Assembly: GCA_025966365.1 (NCBI GenBank)
Contig: JAICWV010000002.1
Location: 1 to 63,369 of the forward strand
From: Chloroflexota bacterium
GTDB lineage: Bacteria; Chloroflexota; UBA5177
Length of the DNA: 63,369 nt
Direction: 5' to 3'
The translations under genes were made by a program, and so were the position numbers. Positions 28,082-38,310 of this stretch are shown here, piece after piece. A model generated the notes under the pieces. It did not search any database and was not told the origin of the DNA. It saw only the letters and a list, made by a program, of their open reading frames with translations. Within the stretch, counting starts at the first letter, position 1. Each line of letters begins with the position of its first letter.

Positions 28082-28285
28082 TCAGCGCGCAGTGTCTGCG
28101 TCTTCGCGCCAGGAGTCCAGAAGCTTCAGGAGCGACCAGTAATCGAGGAAGGCACGCTTCTCGCCGGTGCCGACATTCTCGATCTCGCCACGCATGGTGG
28201 AATCACCGTCGCTATCCGGCCACAGCCGGAGAATGAACGACATCGCGGGCGCTCGAACGCCGCTACTGTTCTGCATCTCGATCAC
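28082..28285 (-). CDS. Small conserved hypothetical protein (FILRLW motif)
   Basis: 67 aa, SFILRLWPD...MRGEIENVGTGEKRAF. Located just downstream of, and on the same strand as, the BTAD regulator. Confidence 0.45.
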   Translation of the reverse strand: MIEMQNSSGVRAPAMSFILRLWPDSDGDSTMRGEIENVGTGEKRAFLDYWSLLKLLDSWREDADTAR

Positions 28286-28381
28286 GGTCCTCCGCCCCTC
28301 TTGTCAATACCGAGGGACTGTAGCACCGCGAGATTAACCGGCAATTAGCTCGAAAGGAGAAGAGAAGCGGGAGTCTTTCGG

Positions 28382-29578
28382 TCAGCTTTCGGTGGGGGTC
28401 GGCCGGCCTTTGTACTCGGCCAGGATCTGGTCGCGAAGACGTGTCGTTTCCGCCGATGGCTCGGCCTCGACCTCCGCTCGCAGCGCCCGGCGACACTCTT
28501 CGTAGGCACGCAGCGCTTCGTGCGGACGTCCCGCCGCCACCAGGTATTCCATCAGCCGGCGATAGACCTCTTCCCGCCAGGGCTCGATGCGCAAGATCTT
28601 GCGCGAGAAGATGGCCGCCTGGTCGGGCGAGTCGTCCTCGGCGTGGATGCGCGCCGCGTCGCTAAGGACGTGCAGATGCAGCTCGCGCAGCCGCTCCCGG
28701 GTGGCAATCGTCCACTCGAAGAAGGGATCGTCGCGCAGATACTCTCCCAGGTAGAGCGCCTCTGCCACCTGATAGGCGTGCAGCGCCTCCTCTGTCCGGC
28801 CCTCCGCCGCCAGCTCCCGCCCCCGCGTTGCCGCGCTGTCGAAGGCCCCCATGTCGGTCCAAGCCGGCGACGCGGAATCGAAGTAATATGCCCCTTCCTG
28901 CTGGGCAATGTGCGATAGCCCTCCATTTTTGCGCCCGCCCTCACCCAGCATCTTCCGGAGCTCGTGGACTGCCACGCGAAGCCGGTTGGCGGCCACGTCC
29001 GGGTCCGTTTCCGGCCACAGCTCCTCGGCGAGCACGTCCTTGGGGTAGCGGCGACCCATGTGGGTGAGGAGGAGCTTGAAGATGGTCTTGGCCGGCTTGT
29101 TGCGCCAGCTCTCGTCGAAGAGCAGCTTCTCATCGCGGTAGACGCGCAGAGAGCCGAGAGCGAAGATGCGGAGCATTCCCACGCTGGAGGCGGCAAAACG
29201 GGGCGACCGCTGCAGCAGCCGCTGCATGCGGATGAGGAGCTCTTCCAGCTCGAAGGGCTTGGCGACGAAATCGCGCAGTTCCGAGTCCAGTGCGCCGAGG
29301 ACTGACGCTCCCGGCTTATGGGCGCTGAAGATGAGGACGGGGAACTCTTGCAGCAGGTTGTTGCGGAGATATTGCAGCACGCCATAGCCATCAACTTCCG
29401 GCATCATCAGGTCGAGCAGCATAATATCCGGCGTCTGCTGCGATGAGTCCAGCACGTTGATGGCTTCACGGCCGGTCGAGGCCGTCGACGTGTGGTAGCC
29501 CTCGTCCTCGAGGAAGTCGGTCAGGACGCTCCGTATCTCGGGGTCGTCGTCAACGATCAGGACAGACGCGCCTTGCAA
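28382..29578 (-). CDS. Response regulator with receiver + winged-helix + BTAD (SARP/AfsR-like) domains
   Basis: VLIVDDDPEIR...DIMLLDLMMPEVDG receiver. C-terminal BTAD-like EALHAYQ...YRRLMEYLVAAGRPHEALRAYEECRRAL. Confidence 0.85.
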   Translation of the reverse strand: MQGASVLIVDDDPEIRSVLTDFLEDEGYHTSTASTGREAINVLDSSQQTPDIMLLDLMMPEVDGYGVLQYLRNNLLQEFPVLIFSAHKPGASVLGALDSELRDFVAKPFELEELLIRMQRLLQRSPRFAASSVGMLRIFALGSLRVYRDEKLLFDESWRNKPAKTIFKLLLTHMGRRYPKDVLAEELWPETDPDVAANRLRVAVHELRKMLGEGGRKNGGLSHIAQQEGAYYFDSASPAWTDMGAFDSAATRGRELAAEGRTEEALHAYQVAEALYLGEYLRDDPFFEWTIATRERLRELHLHVLSDAARIHAEDDSPDQAAIFSRKILRIEPWREEVYRRLMEYLVAAGRPHEALRAYEECRRALRAEVEAEPSAETTRLRDQILAEYKGRPTPTES

Positions 29579-29699
29579 GCCGTCTCATTCCTCCTCGCTC
29601 TTCTGCCCGGCCAGAGCGCGCAGGCTGATAGTGTACTTCCGGCGCCCAACGTCAAGATGTGCGTCGGGTACCATGGGAGCGGAAACGCATCGGCTCCGC

Positions 29700-30944
29700 A
29701 TGTCCTACTCTTCCCCTCATCCTACACTGTCGCCACTGTTACGAAATCTCGTACTCTTTGGCCGATTTCTTCGCCGCCTCGGGCTGCGCGTCGCCCCGGC
29801 GCAACTTGCCGAGGTAGCCGATAGCCTGTCACTGATCGATATCAGCTCCGTGGAGGATGTCCGCAACGTGACCCGCGCCATTCTGGTCAATCGCCGAGAA
29901 GATCTTCCCGTCTTCGACCGCGCCTTCGATTTGTTCTGGGGGAACGCCGATATCAAACAGGGCCCGCTGCCCGAGGACTTCAACCCCATCGCGCCCGTGC
30001 AGATGCCGGGGGATGAGGGAAACGGCGAGAGCCAGGGAACGTCGGGAACGATAGCGGGAACGGGGTTCGCGCTGGACTCCGGTACGTCGGCGGAGCCTTC
30101 CGCCGATGATGAGCAGGGAGAGAGCGCGCTGGCGCTCTACAGCCCTGGAGAAGTGTTGCGGCACAAGGATTTTGGACAGTACACGGCGGACGAACTGGCC
30201 GACGCGCAGCGTGTTCTGAGCGGGATGCGGTGGGCGGTGACCCGGCGTCGCTCCCTTCGGCAGGGACCCTCGAAGCGGGGCAGGAGGCTGGATCTGCGCC
30301 GCTCGCTGCGGACCAATCTGCGGCACGGCGGCGAGATGTTTCATCTTGCGCGGCGGGCGCCCAAGCTCAAGCGCCGCCGGCTGGTGCTTCTCTGCGATAT
30401 CAGCGGCTCCATGGACCGCTACACGCGCCTGCTCCTCCACTTCCTGCACTCGATGGAGTGGAGCCTCGACAATGTGGAGGTATTCGTCTTCGGCACTCGC
30501 CTGACCCGGATCACCCACGCCCTGCGGACACGCAATCCCGATTCCGCCATCGCGGCCGTCGCTGACGAGGTCCAGGACTGGTCCGGTGGGACGCGCATCG
30601 GGGAATCGCTGCGCATCTTCAATCGCCGCTGGGCGCGGCGCGTGCTGGGGCATGGCGCAATCGTCCTCATCATCAGCGATGGCTGGGATCGCGGCGATCC
30701 GGCTCTACTGGCACGGGAGCTGGAGCGGCTACAGCGTGAGAGCTACCGGTTGATCTGGCTGAACCCGCTTCTGGGTGCTCCCGGCTACGAGCCGCTAACC
30801 CAGGGCATCCTTGCTGCGTTACCTTTCATAGATGACTTTCTTCCCGTGCACTCCATCGCCAGCCTGGAAGATCTGGCCAGAATTCTCAATCACGTGCAGG
30901 AGGGCCGGCCCGAGCGCCGCCAGGTCCTGCCGCGGACCGGATAG
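29700..30944 (+). CDS. CoxE-type VWA domain protein
   Basis: MIDAS LLCDISGSMDRY. CoxE-like N-terminal LRNLVLFGRFLRRLGLRV and C-terminal LIWLNPL. Start uncertain (ATGs at 29673 and 29700). Confidence 0.75.
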   Translation: MSYSSPHPTLSPLLRNLVLFGRFLRRLGLRVAPAQLAEVADSLSLIDISSVEDVRNVTRAILVNRREDLPVFDRAFDLFWGNADIKQGPLPEDFNPIAPVQMPGDEGNGESQGTSGTIAGTGFALDSGTSAEPSADDEQGESALALYSPGEVLRHKDFGQYTADELADAQRVLSGMRWAVTRRRSLRQGPSKRGRRLDLRRSLRTNLRHGGEMFHLARRAPKLKRRRLVLLCDISGSMDRYTRLLLHFLHSMEWSLDNVEVFVFGTRLTRITHALRTRNPDSAIAAVADEVQDWSGGTRIGESLRIFNRRWARRVLGHGAIVLIISDGWDRGDPALLARELERLQRESYRLIWLNPLLGAPGYEPLTQGILAALPFIDDFLPVHSIASLEDLARILNHVQEGRPERRQVLPRTG

Positions 30945-30950
30945 ACGCGC

Positions 30951-32372
30951 ATGCGCTTTGTAACTGGATTTCTCGCCTTCATCGTTATCGCCGCCGGATT
31001 TGGCGTCTTCGCCTACCGGAATTACATCGCCGGGCCGCCGGTGGTGCTGCCGCGGCCGACGCACCTGGACGTCGCCACCGCACGGGGCCAGCTGCTTCCC
31101 GGCGGTTGGGCAAATATGTCCACCGTCGATCTGGCGGCAACCGGTCCCAGGCATGGCCTTGGTCTGGACGTCGAGGTGCGGCCGCGGGGCCAGAAGCTCG
31201 ACGGCTCGCCCACCGCCACCTCCAGCGCCGATCCCAGGGCCATCGTCCATCTGGCCGACGGCCGTTACCGCTGGCAGGCTCGCCTGCACGGTCCGGCCGG
31301 CGTCTCTCCCTGGGTCCCCTACCGCGGAGCGCTCAACATCGACACCGTCGCGCCGCCGGTCACCAATCTCACCTCATCCACCGACCCTGACCCGGCGGCC
31401 ACCTATCACACGTCCGATGCTGAGATCAGCTGGGTCTCCTCCGACTCCGGCTCCGGTATTGCCGGATATTCCTACCGGCTGGACTCGGCAAGAGACGGCG
31501 CTGCGCCTGCCGAGCTGCGTACCTCGAGCCCCAGGGTGACGCTGACCGGCCTGGAGACGGGCCAGTGGTACTTCCACGTCCGGGCCCTGGACAATGCCGG
31601 CAATTGGGGGCAGACGGTCACCTTCCCGCTACACATCGACGTGACACCGCCCGGTCTGGCGCACGTTCGTTTCAGCCAATTCCAGTTCGATCCACAGTTC
31701 GGCACTATGGACGTGTCCTTCTCGGTGACGAAATCGGCGAGCACGGTGCGGGTGGGTGTCTACCGCCAGAGCAATGACAGCCTGGTCCGGCTCTACACCT
31801 ATAAGAAGCTGACCTCGGGGGACAGCAAGACCGTGTCCTGGAACGGACGTGACGAGAAGGGAACTCCCGTCGCGGCAGGCTCCTACATGCTGTATATTCG
31901 CGCCACCGACAAGTACGGCCACAGTAGCCTGACCGGCTGGCGCGACCTGACGGTGGACTACAAGCGGATCGTGGTCGACCTGAGCGAGCAGCGGCTCACT
32001 GCCTACGACGGGAACAGGGTGTTTCTGACGACGCTGGTCACGACCGGCAATCCCAAGCTGCCCACGCCCACCGGCACCTTCCATGTCATGGCCAAGTTCC
32101 ACCCCTACAAATTCATCAGCCCCTGGCCCAAATCGTCGCCGTACTACTACGCCCCCTCGAAAGTGCAGTACGCCATGCTCTTCAGGTCTGGCGGTTACTT
32201 CCTGCACGATGCTCCCTGGCGCGGCGTCTTCGGCCCCGGCTCCAACACCGTCATCGGCACCCCGGGCCAGGACTACACCGGCACCCACGGCTGCGTGAAT
32301 CTCCCCACGGCCGCGGAAATTCAGCTCTACAACTGGGCCGACATCGGCACCGTGGTCCAGGTGGTCCCGTAA
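30951..32372 (+). CDS. Membrane-anchored L,D-transpeptidase (YkuD) with Ig-like / FlgD-Ig-like modules
   Basis: N-terminal TM. SWNGRDEKGTPVAAGSYMLY (FlgD_ig-like). Catalytic region GYFLHDAPW...GTHGCVNLP. Confidence 0.85.
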   Translation: MRFVTGFLAFIVIAAGFGVFAYRNYIAGPPVVLPRPTHLDVATARGQLLPGGWANMSTVDLAATGPRHGLGLDVEVRPRGQKLDGSPTATSSADPRAIVHLADGRYRWQARLHGPAGVSPWVPYRGALNIDTVAPPVTNLTSSTDPDPAATYHTSDAEISWVSSDSGSGIAGYSYRLDSARDGAAPAELRTSSPRVTLTGLETGQWYFHVRALDNAGNWGQTVTFPLHIDVTPPGLAHVRFSQFQFDPQFGTMDVSFSVTKSASTVRVGVYRQSNDSLVRLYTYKKLTSGDSKTVSWNGRDEKGTPVAAGSYMLYIRATDKYGHSSLTGWRDLTVDYKRIVVDLSEQRLTAYDGNRVFLTTLVTTGNPKLPTPTGTFHVMAKFHPYKFISPWPKSSPYYYAPSKVQYAMLFRSGGYFLHDAPWRGVFGPGSNTVIGTPGQDYTGTHGCVNLPTAAEIQLYNWADIGTVVQVVP

Positions 32373-32432
32373 CCAGTCGGGAGAGATCTCCGGGAATCGT
32401 AGGGGTGAGTGCCGGTCACTGGCCCCGTTGAT

Positions 32433-33116
32433 TTAGCGGCCGGGTGCTACCAGGCCATGCTGCATGGCGTAGACGACGGCCTGGGCACGGTCGCGCAGAG
32501 CGGCCTTGCTGAAGATGTTGTTGATGTGAGTCTTGACGGTGGAATCGGCCACTACCAGCCGCTCGGCGATCTCCGCGTTGCTCAGTCCCTCGGCGATGAG
32601 CCGCAGCACCTCGGCCTCGCGAGGGGTGAGCCCGTCGGGCAGTTCGGGCTCTGATGCGGCAGGGCGCGGCGCGGCGCCTCGCACCTTCTGGATGAGTCGG
32701 CGCTGCACGGCGGGATCGAGCAGCGCTTCACCGGCATGGACGGTGCGAATGGCCTCCTGAATCTCGCTGGCACCCGCGTCCTTGGTGAGGTACCCCATGG
32801 CTCCCGCCTCCAGCGCACTGAAGATTGACTCATCGTCGGCATACGTCGTCAGGACGACCACGCGGATCGAGGGATGGTCGCGCGTGATGCGGCGCGTTGC
32901 CTCCACCCCATCGCAGCGGGGCATCCGGAGATCCATGAGCGCCACATCGGGCTCCTGCCGACCAGCTAAATCGACCGCCTCATCCCCGTCGGTCGCGGTC
33001 CCAACCACCTCGATTCCAGGACTCAAACCGAGGAGCATCTGGAGCCCCTCGCGGATGAGCGCCTGGTCGTCAGCGATCAGGACACGGATTGGGGGCGGGA
33101 CGTCGTCGGTATCCAT
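32433..33116 (-). CDS. NarL/FixJ-type response regulator (LuxR HTH)
   Basis: Receiver RVLIADDQ...DVALMDLRMP. HTH LTPREAEVLRLIAEGLSNAEIAERLVVADSTVKTH. Confidence 0.9.
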   Translation of the reverse strand: MDTDDVPPPIRVLIADDQALIREGLQMLLGLSPGIEVVGTATDGDEAVDLAGRQEPDVALMDLRMPRCDGVEATRRITRDHPSIRVVVLTTYADDESIFSALEAGAMGYLTKDAGASEIQEAIRTVHAGEALLDPAVQRRLIQKVRGAAPRPAASEPELPDGLTPREAEVLRLIAEGLSNAEIAERLVVADSTVKTHINNIFSKAALRDRAQAVVYAMQHGLVAPGR

Positions 33117-34246
33117 AGCTGCACTCTGAACCCCCTGGCGGTGCGAGCGGCTTCTAGCGTGCCGTGGAGAAGCTCTGCCCGCTCGCGCATGCCGCTGACG
33201 CCATGGCCACCGCCCGGGAGGGGGGAGGCGCGCGGTGTACCCTCATTTTCGACCACCAGCTCGACGCCACCTGCCTCGTTCCGCAGGGTGATGGTCACGT
33301 ATGAGGCGTCGGAATGTTTGCGCACGTTGGTAAGCGCCTCCTGCGCAATGCGGTAGAGGGCCAGCCGGGCGTCGGCGGGGAGATCCACGGGATCCCCCTC
33401 GACCTCGAGGCGGCAGGGCACCCCGGTATCCTGCTCGTACTCCCGGGCGAGATCGGGTAAAAGATCCGGGCCCGGAAGGGTTTCACCGTGCAGCGATCCC
33501 ACCGCCCGACGCGCCTCCCCTAGGCCTTCACGGGACAGCCCGCTGACTCGCTCGATCGCCGCAACGATGTCTGGGTCGCAGCCACGCTGCTCGGCCAGCA
33601 TCCGCGTCCCCTCGAGCTGAATGCTGAGCGCGGAGAGCGTGTGCGCCAGCACATCGTGCATTTCCCGTGCGAGATGTGCCCGCTCGTCCAGTGCAGCGGC
33701 CCGGACGATCGCGTCCCGCCCGGCCACGACCTCCTCAAGAAGCTCCGCCGTCCGCCGCTGCTCAGTCCGCAGGCGCCGCGTCGCGGCTGATCCCAGGTAG
33801 GTAAAGAGGAAGGCCAGCACCACGGCCACCGCCTGGCCGGGCGAGATAGGAACGGTAGCGAAGGAACCGGCGGCGAGGAAGCCGAGACTGCTCAGGGCCG
33901 CCACCCGGCGACTCAGGTCCGTGTCGAGTCTGATGCCGGCAACGGCAATAACCGCGATCACGGCGACGAAGGCGCCGTTACTGGGGGCGCAGAACTCCAT
34001 CGCCACGCCGGCAAGCGCGCTGAGCGGCAGAAGCCGAAGAAGCTCCGGCCGCTCGATGGCGGCGGTGAAGGTCAGGAGGAAGACGACGGTGGCGATCCAG
34101 GCGCCGGCCCCGCGTAGCGTCGACAAGCGCGGCACGACGGCGGCGGTGCCGTAAGCGACGGCCAGCCAGCACACGACGAGGAGGACTCGGCCGACCCTGG
34201 GAGGGACGAGCGAGTCCTGGGAAGCTCTCGTCGATGTGGCGGTCAT
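33077..34246 (-). CDS. Sensor histidine kinase (HisKA_3 type)
   Basis: Five N-terminal TM-like helices. H-box EMHDVLAHTLSAL. HATPase motifs NVRKHS and GGGHGVSGMRERA. Confidence 0.9.
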   Translation of the reverse strand: MTATSTRASQDSLVPPRVGRVLLVVCWLAVAYGTAAVVPRLSTLRGAGAWIATVVFLLTFTAAIERPELLRLLPLSALAGVAMEFCAPSNGAFVAVIAVIAVAGIRLDTDLSRRVAALSSLGFLAAGSFATVPISPGQAVAVVLAFLFTYLGSAATRRLRTEQRRTAELLEEVVAGRDAIVRAAALDERAHLAREMHDVLAHTLSALSIQLEGTRMLAEQRGCDPDIVAAIERVSGLSREGLGEARRAVGSLHGETLPGPDLLPDLAREYEQDTGVPCRLEVEGDPVDLPADARLALYRIAQEALTNVRKHSDASYVTITLRNEAGGVELVVENEGTPRASPLPGGGHGVSGMRERAELLHGTLEAARTARGFRVQLWIPTTSRPQSVS

Positions 34247-34300
34247 GGCTCCGTTCGCATCAACAGTACCGCGTTGGCGAGATTCGTGCCGGTGCGTCTG

Positions 34301-34828
34301 CTACGACCGCAGGGTCGAGGCCAGCGGCGAGGGCCGGTTCACCATCAGCACCCGGGCGCCCACGATGACGCTGCGAACCACGACCATGGAGAGTGCCATC
34401 AGGACGAAGGCGGCGGTCCAGGCAGCGGAGCTGGTGATCTCGTGCTGGACGGAGAACTGCGCAACCTGGTGCGACCAGAGGTGAGTAGCGGCCCAGGCAA
34501 AGGCCAGCCGTCCGCCGAAGACGAAGGTCCAGAGGGCGGCGTAAGCGAACCCGGCCTGAGTGACGATTCGTCCAGTCTGCTCGTCGCGCTCGACGCGCAT
34601 CAGCATGGCAGCGAGGACGCCGCAGATAACGCCGGTGAGAGCGAGGCTGATCTCGAAGTCGAGGTCGCCGCCCACGGTCGGAATGGTCTGCAAAAAGTGG
34701 TATCCCACCACGGCCGCGGCCGCAAGCGGGATCAGGAAGCGGCGCACGGTGAACTGGCGGCGAGCGAGCTGGGTGCCGATGATCAGGACTGCGAGTCCGG
34801 CGAAGGTGATGATCTCTGGAGCGCTCAT
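34301..34828 (-). CDS. Integral membrane protein (possibly DUF1453-like)
   Basis: 175 aa with four to five hydrophobic helices. Immediately upstream of the two-component pair on the same strand. Confidence 0.55.
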   Translation of the reverse strand: MSAPEIITFAGLAVLIIGTQLARRQFTVRRFLIPLAAAAVVGYHFLQTIPTVGGDLDFEISLALTGVICGVLAAMLMRVERDEQTGRIVTQAGFAYAALWTFVFGGRLAFAWAATHLWSHQVAQFSVQHEITSSAAWTAAFVLMALSMVVVRSVIVGARVLMVNRPSPLASTLRS

Positions 34829-35004
34829 TTTGGTCCTCCTTGTGTGACCTTGGTTTCTTCGAGTTCCACACTACTGGAGGAAAAGCGCGCGGTCATCGGA
34901 GCAGGGGTGGATTTTTGGCATTCTCGCCCTCCACCCTCGGGTGGAGGAGATCAACCGGCCCGAGCGTCTACCATAGCCCAAGGTCTGAAACGAGGAGGCT
35001 GTTC

Positions 35005-35241
35005 ATGGCACTGGTGCGTTCAATCGTACTTTCCATCCTGCTATCTGCTGTGGCGAGTGTCGCCGTGCGGCAGCTGCTCTCCGCTTCGCACCCGGGTGGG
35101 GGCGACAATCAGCCGCAATCACAGGGCCACAGCGTCGTGGTCGTGGTGCCGGTCTTCGTCGGAAACAGCAATAACCGGATCGGTTACGTGAAGGAGGTCC
35201 GCGCTTTCCCTCGCCGTCTCTTTGGCCGTGGTGGCTCGTAG
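35005..35241 (+). CDS. Small hypothetical membrane-anchored protein
   Basis: ATG preceded by gaggagg 7 nt upstream. N-terminal hydrophobic helix IVLSILLSAVASVAV. Confidence 0.4.
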   Translation: MALVRSIVLSILLSAVASVAVRQLLSASHPGGGDNQPQSQGHSVVVVVPVFVGNSNNRIGYVKEVRAFPRRLFGRGGS

Positions 35242-35378
35242 TTCACGACCACATGGATCGTGATCAGTAGCTTCACGAATGGCGGCCCTGACGAACGTCG
35301 GTTCTCTACACGGGCCACCCCTTGCCCGGAATCATCGGGAGTATTGCATGCCGAACAGCGCTGGGGTACCGTCACCTT

Positions 35379-38087
35379 ATGGCCACGCCGGTTTTGGTCA
35401 CCAAGCTCTTTGTGCCCCGGCCCCGGTCCGAGCGCGTCCGTCGTTACCGCCTGATCGATCGACTGAACCAGGGGCTGCACCGCGATCTGACCCTCATCGC
35501 CGCCCCGGCCGGCTTTGGCAAAACCACCCTGGTCAGCGCGTGGATCGAAGGAATCGAGCGGCCGGCCGCATGGCTGTCGCTGGACGACGGGGATAACGAC
35601 CTCACACGCTTTCTGCTTCACCTGGTCGCCGCTCTACAGACGATTGCTGCAGATGTTGGGGAAGGGGCGATGGAAGCTCTCCGCTCCTCGCCATCACCGC
35701 CAACCGAAGCGATTCTGTCGGCCCTGGTCAACGACGTCACCAACCTCCCGGAGAACGTCGTCCTCGTCCTTGACGATTACCACCTGATCGATGCCGAGCC
35801 GGTTGACCATGCCGTCACCTTTCTGCTCGAGCACTTGCCGCCACAGTTACACCTGGTCATCGTCACTCGCGAGGACCCCCAACTCCCCCTGTCCCGGCTG
35901 CGGGGAAGGGGCAATCTGACTGAGTTACGCGCCGCCGACTTGCGCTTCACCTCTGCAGAGGCCGCTCAATTTCTCAATCAGATCATGGGGCTCAGCCTGT
36001 CGGCGGCAGACATCGCTGCCCTGGAAGACCGCACCGAGGGCTGGATTGCCGGCCTGCAGCTGGCTGCGCTGTCCCTGCAGGGCCACGACGACGTCTCCAG
36101 CTTCATTCGGGCCTTTGCGGGCGACCATCGGTACATCGTGGACTATCTGGTCGATGAGGTCTTGCACCGTCAGTCGGAGGATATTCGCAGCTTCCTACTC
36201 CAGACATCCATTCTCGACCGGTTGATCGGCCCGCTGTGCGATGCTGTTACCGGCCAGGAGGGAGGCACCGCGCGCCTGGAAGCGCTGGAGCGCGGCAACT
36301 TCTTTGTCATACCGCTCGACGACCAGCGCCAGTGGTACCGCTATCACCACCTCTTTGCCGACATGCTCCACGCCCATTTGAAGGCGGAGCAGCCCGACCG
36401 TGTCCCGACGCTGCACCAGCAGGCGAGCGAGTGGTACGAGCGGTATGGGTTTGCAGCTGAGGCGATCAGCCATGCACTGGCTGCGGAGGACGTCGAGCGG
36501 GCGGCGGCCCTGATCGAGCAGGCGGCCCGTGTCATGAGCCAGAGCAGGCAGGAGGCCACGTTGCTCGGCTGGCTGGAGGCGCTGCCCGATGAGGTGCTCC
36601 GGGCCAGACCGGTACTCAACGTTATGTATGCCGGGGTTCTGCTTCTGAACGGGCGCTTGGACGGCGTGGAGGCGCGGCTGCGGGATGCCGAACGGTGGCT
36701 GAACACTGAAGGCGACAGAAGCACGATGGTCGTCATGGATGACGCAGAATGGCGACGACTCCCCGAGTTGATCGCGATCTACCGTGCCGCCATTGCTCAG
36801 GCGCGGGTAGAGGTGGCCGATGTTACGCGCTATGCGCAACGAGCGCTCGATCTCGCCTCACCGGACGATGATCTCGTCCGTGGATCGGCTGCGGGGTTCC
36901 TCGGACTTGCTGCCTGGACAAGCGGGGATCTCGAGACCGGGCATCGGATGTACGCCGAATGCATGCGAAGCATATTGAAAATCGGGTACCGCTCGGACGC
37001 CCTCGGGTGCGCAATTGCCCTGGCGGACATTCGGATCGCACAAGGGCGTCTCTCCGACGCCATGCGGACCTATGAAGAGGCGCTGCAGCTGACGGCGGAG
37101 CAGGGCGTTCCTCCCCTGCGCGGTACGGCCGACATGTATGTGGGCATGAGCGAACTCCACCGGGAGTGGAACGATCTGCGCGCCGCGACGCAGCTCTTGC
37201 TGCAGAGCAAGGAGTTGGGCGAGCTCGGTGGACTGCGGCAGAACCCGTATCGCTGGTGCGTTTCCATGGCCCTGATACGGGAAGCCGAAGGAGATCGAGA
37301 TGGTGCGCTCGACCTGCTTGCCGAGGCAGAGCGCCTGTATCAGGGTGACTTGTTCCCCAACGTGCGTCCGATCGCGGCGCTGAAAGCACGCGTATGGCTT
37401 GCGGAGGGGCGTGTTGGTGAGGCCCTCCGCTGGACGGAGATGCAGGGTGTGACCACCGAGGACGACCTCAGCTACCTGCGCGAGTTCGAGCACATCACCC
37501 TGGCCCGGGTGCTCCTGGCCCAGTACGAGAGCGACCGTGCAGAACGGTCCATACACGATGCACTGAGACTTCTGGACCGTCTGCTGCCGGCAGCGGAGGA
37601 CGGCGGCAGGATGGGAAGCGCGATCCAGATCCTGGTCGTGCTGGCGCGTGCCCATGCAGCGCGCGGCGACACCCCTGCTGCACTCGCGTCGCTGGAGCGT
37701 GCCCTGACGCTCGCCCAGCCGGAGGGCTACATCCGCCTGTTCGTGGACGAGGGCGCGCCGATGGCGCACTTGCTGCGCGAAGCTGCTGCTCGCGGAATTA
37801 TGTCGGCCTATGCAGGCACGCTGCTCGCAGCCTTCGACGGCGAGCACCGAGAGCCCATCGAGGAATCTCCTCTCCCCGCTCCGCAGCCCCTCATTGAGCC
37901 ACTGAGTGAGCGCGAGCTTGACGTGCTCCGATTGCTCAACAGCGAGCTTACCGGGCCGGAGATCGCTCGTGAGCTCGTGGTCGCCCTGAGCACCGTCCGC
38001 ACCCATACCAAGAGCATCTACCAGAAGCTCGACGTCACCAACCGCCGGGCCGCGGTCAAACGGGCAGCGGAGCTGAACCTGATCTAG
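35379..38087 (+). CDS. MalT/LAL-type transcriptional regulator (P-loop NTPase + TPR-like + LuxR HTH)
   Basis: Walker A APAGFGKTT, Walker B LVLDDYHLI. C-terminal LSERELDVLRLLNSELTGPEIARELVVALSTVRTHTKSIY. Confidence 0.9.
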   Translation: MATPVLVTKLFVPRPRSERVRRYRLIDRLNQGLHRDLTLIAAPAGFGKTTLVSAWIEGIERPAAWLSLDDGDNDLTRFLLHLVAALQTIAADVGEGAMEALRSSPSPPTEAILSALVNDVTNLPENVVLVLDDYHLIDAEPVDHAVTFLLEHLPPQLHLVIVTREDPQLPLSRLRGRGNLTELRAADLRFTSAEAAQFLNQIMGLSLSAADIAALEDRTEGWIAGLQLAALSLQGHDDVSSFIRAFAGDHRYIVDYLVDEVLHRQSEDIRSFLLQTSILDRLIGPLCDAVTGQEGGTARLEALERGNFFVIPLDDQRQWYRYHHLFADMLHAHLKAEQPDRVPTLHQQASEWYERYGFAAEAISHALAAEDVERAAALIEQAARVMSQSRQEATLLGWLEALPDEVLRARPVLNVMYAGVLLLNGRLDGVEARLRDAERWLNTEGDRSTMVVMDDAEWRRLPELIAIYRAAIAQARVEVADVTRYAQRALDLASPDDDLVRGSAAGFLGLAAWTSGDLETGHRMYAECMRSILKIGYRSDALGCAIALADIRIAQGRLSDAMRTYEEALQLTAEQGVPPLRGTADMYVGMSELHREWNDLRAATQLLLQSKELGELGGLRQNPYRWCVSMALIREAEGDRDGALDLLAEAERLYQGDLFPNVRPIAALKARVWLAEGRVGEALRWTEMQGVTTEDDLSYLREFEHITLARVLLAQYESDRAERSIHDALRLLDRLLPAAEDGGRMGSAIQILVVLARAHAARGDTPAALASLERALTLAQPEGYIRLFVDEGAPMAHLLREAAARGIMSAYAGTLLAAFDGEHREPIEESPLPAPQPLIEPLSERELDVLRLLNSELTGPEIARELVVALSTVRTHTKSIYQKLDVTNRRAAVKRAAELNLI

Positions 38088-38310
38088 CCGTCCAGCCGCG
38101 TCGCCGCAACAGACATTTGCATCGGTTCGGCGGATTCCGCAGTGTTGGAGCGCGTCCTCGGGTGCCTGTCTCACAGTCCGGCGTCCTCCCCTGCGCGCGT
38201 CTCCGGAAAAATCCCCACATCAATCCCCACAGATGGGGAGGACAGCTCCCCACATTGCCCCGTACGGTGTCATCACAGACACGAACGGACACACCGACAC
38301 GAAGCACGAG

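Noticed and set aside
29631-29699. Longer N-terminus (MYFRRPTSRCASGTMGAETHRLR) for the CoxE-like protein.
   Set aside because: The extension is not protein-like and would crowd the divergent promoter region. The conserved CoxE N-terminal motif begins after the ATG at 29700. The start remains uncertain.
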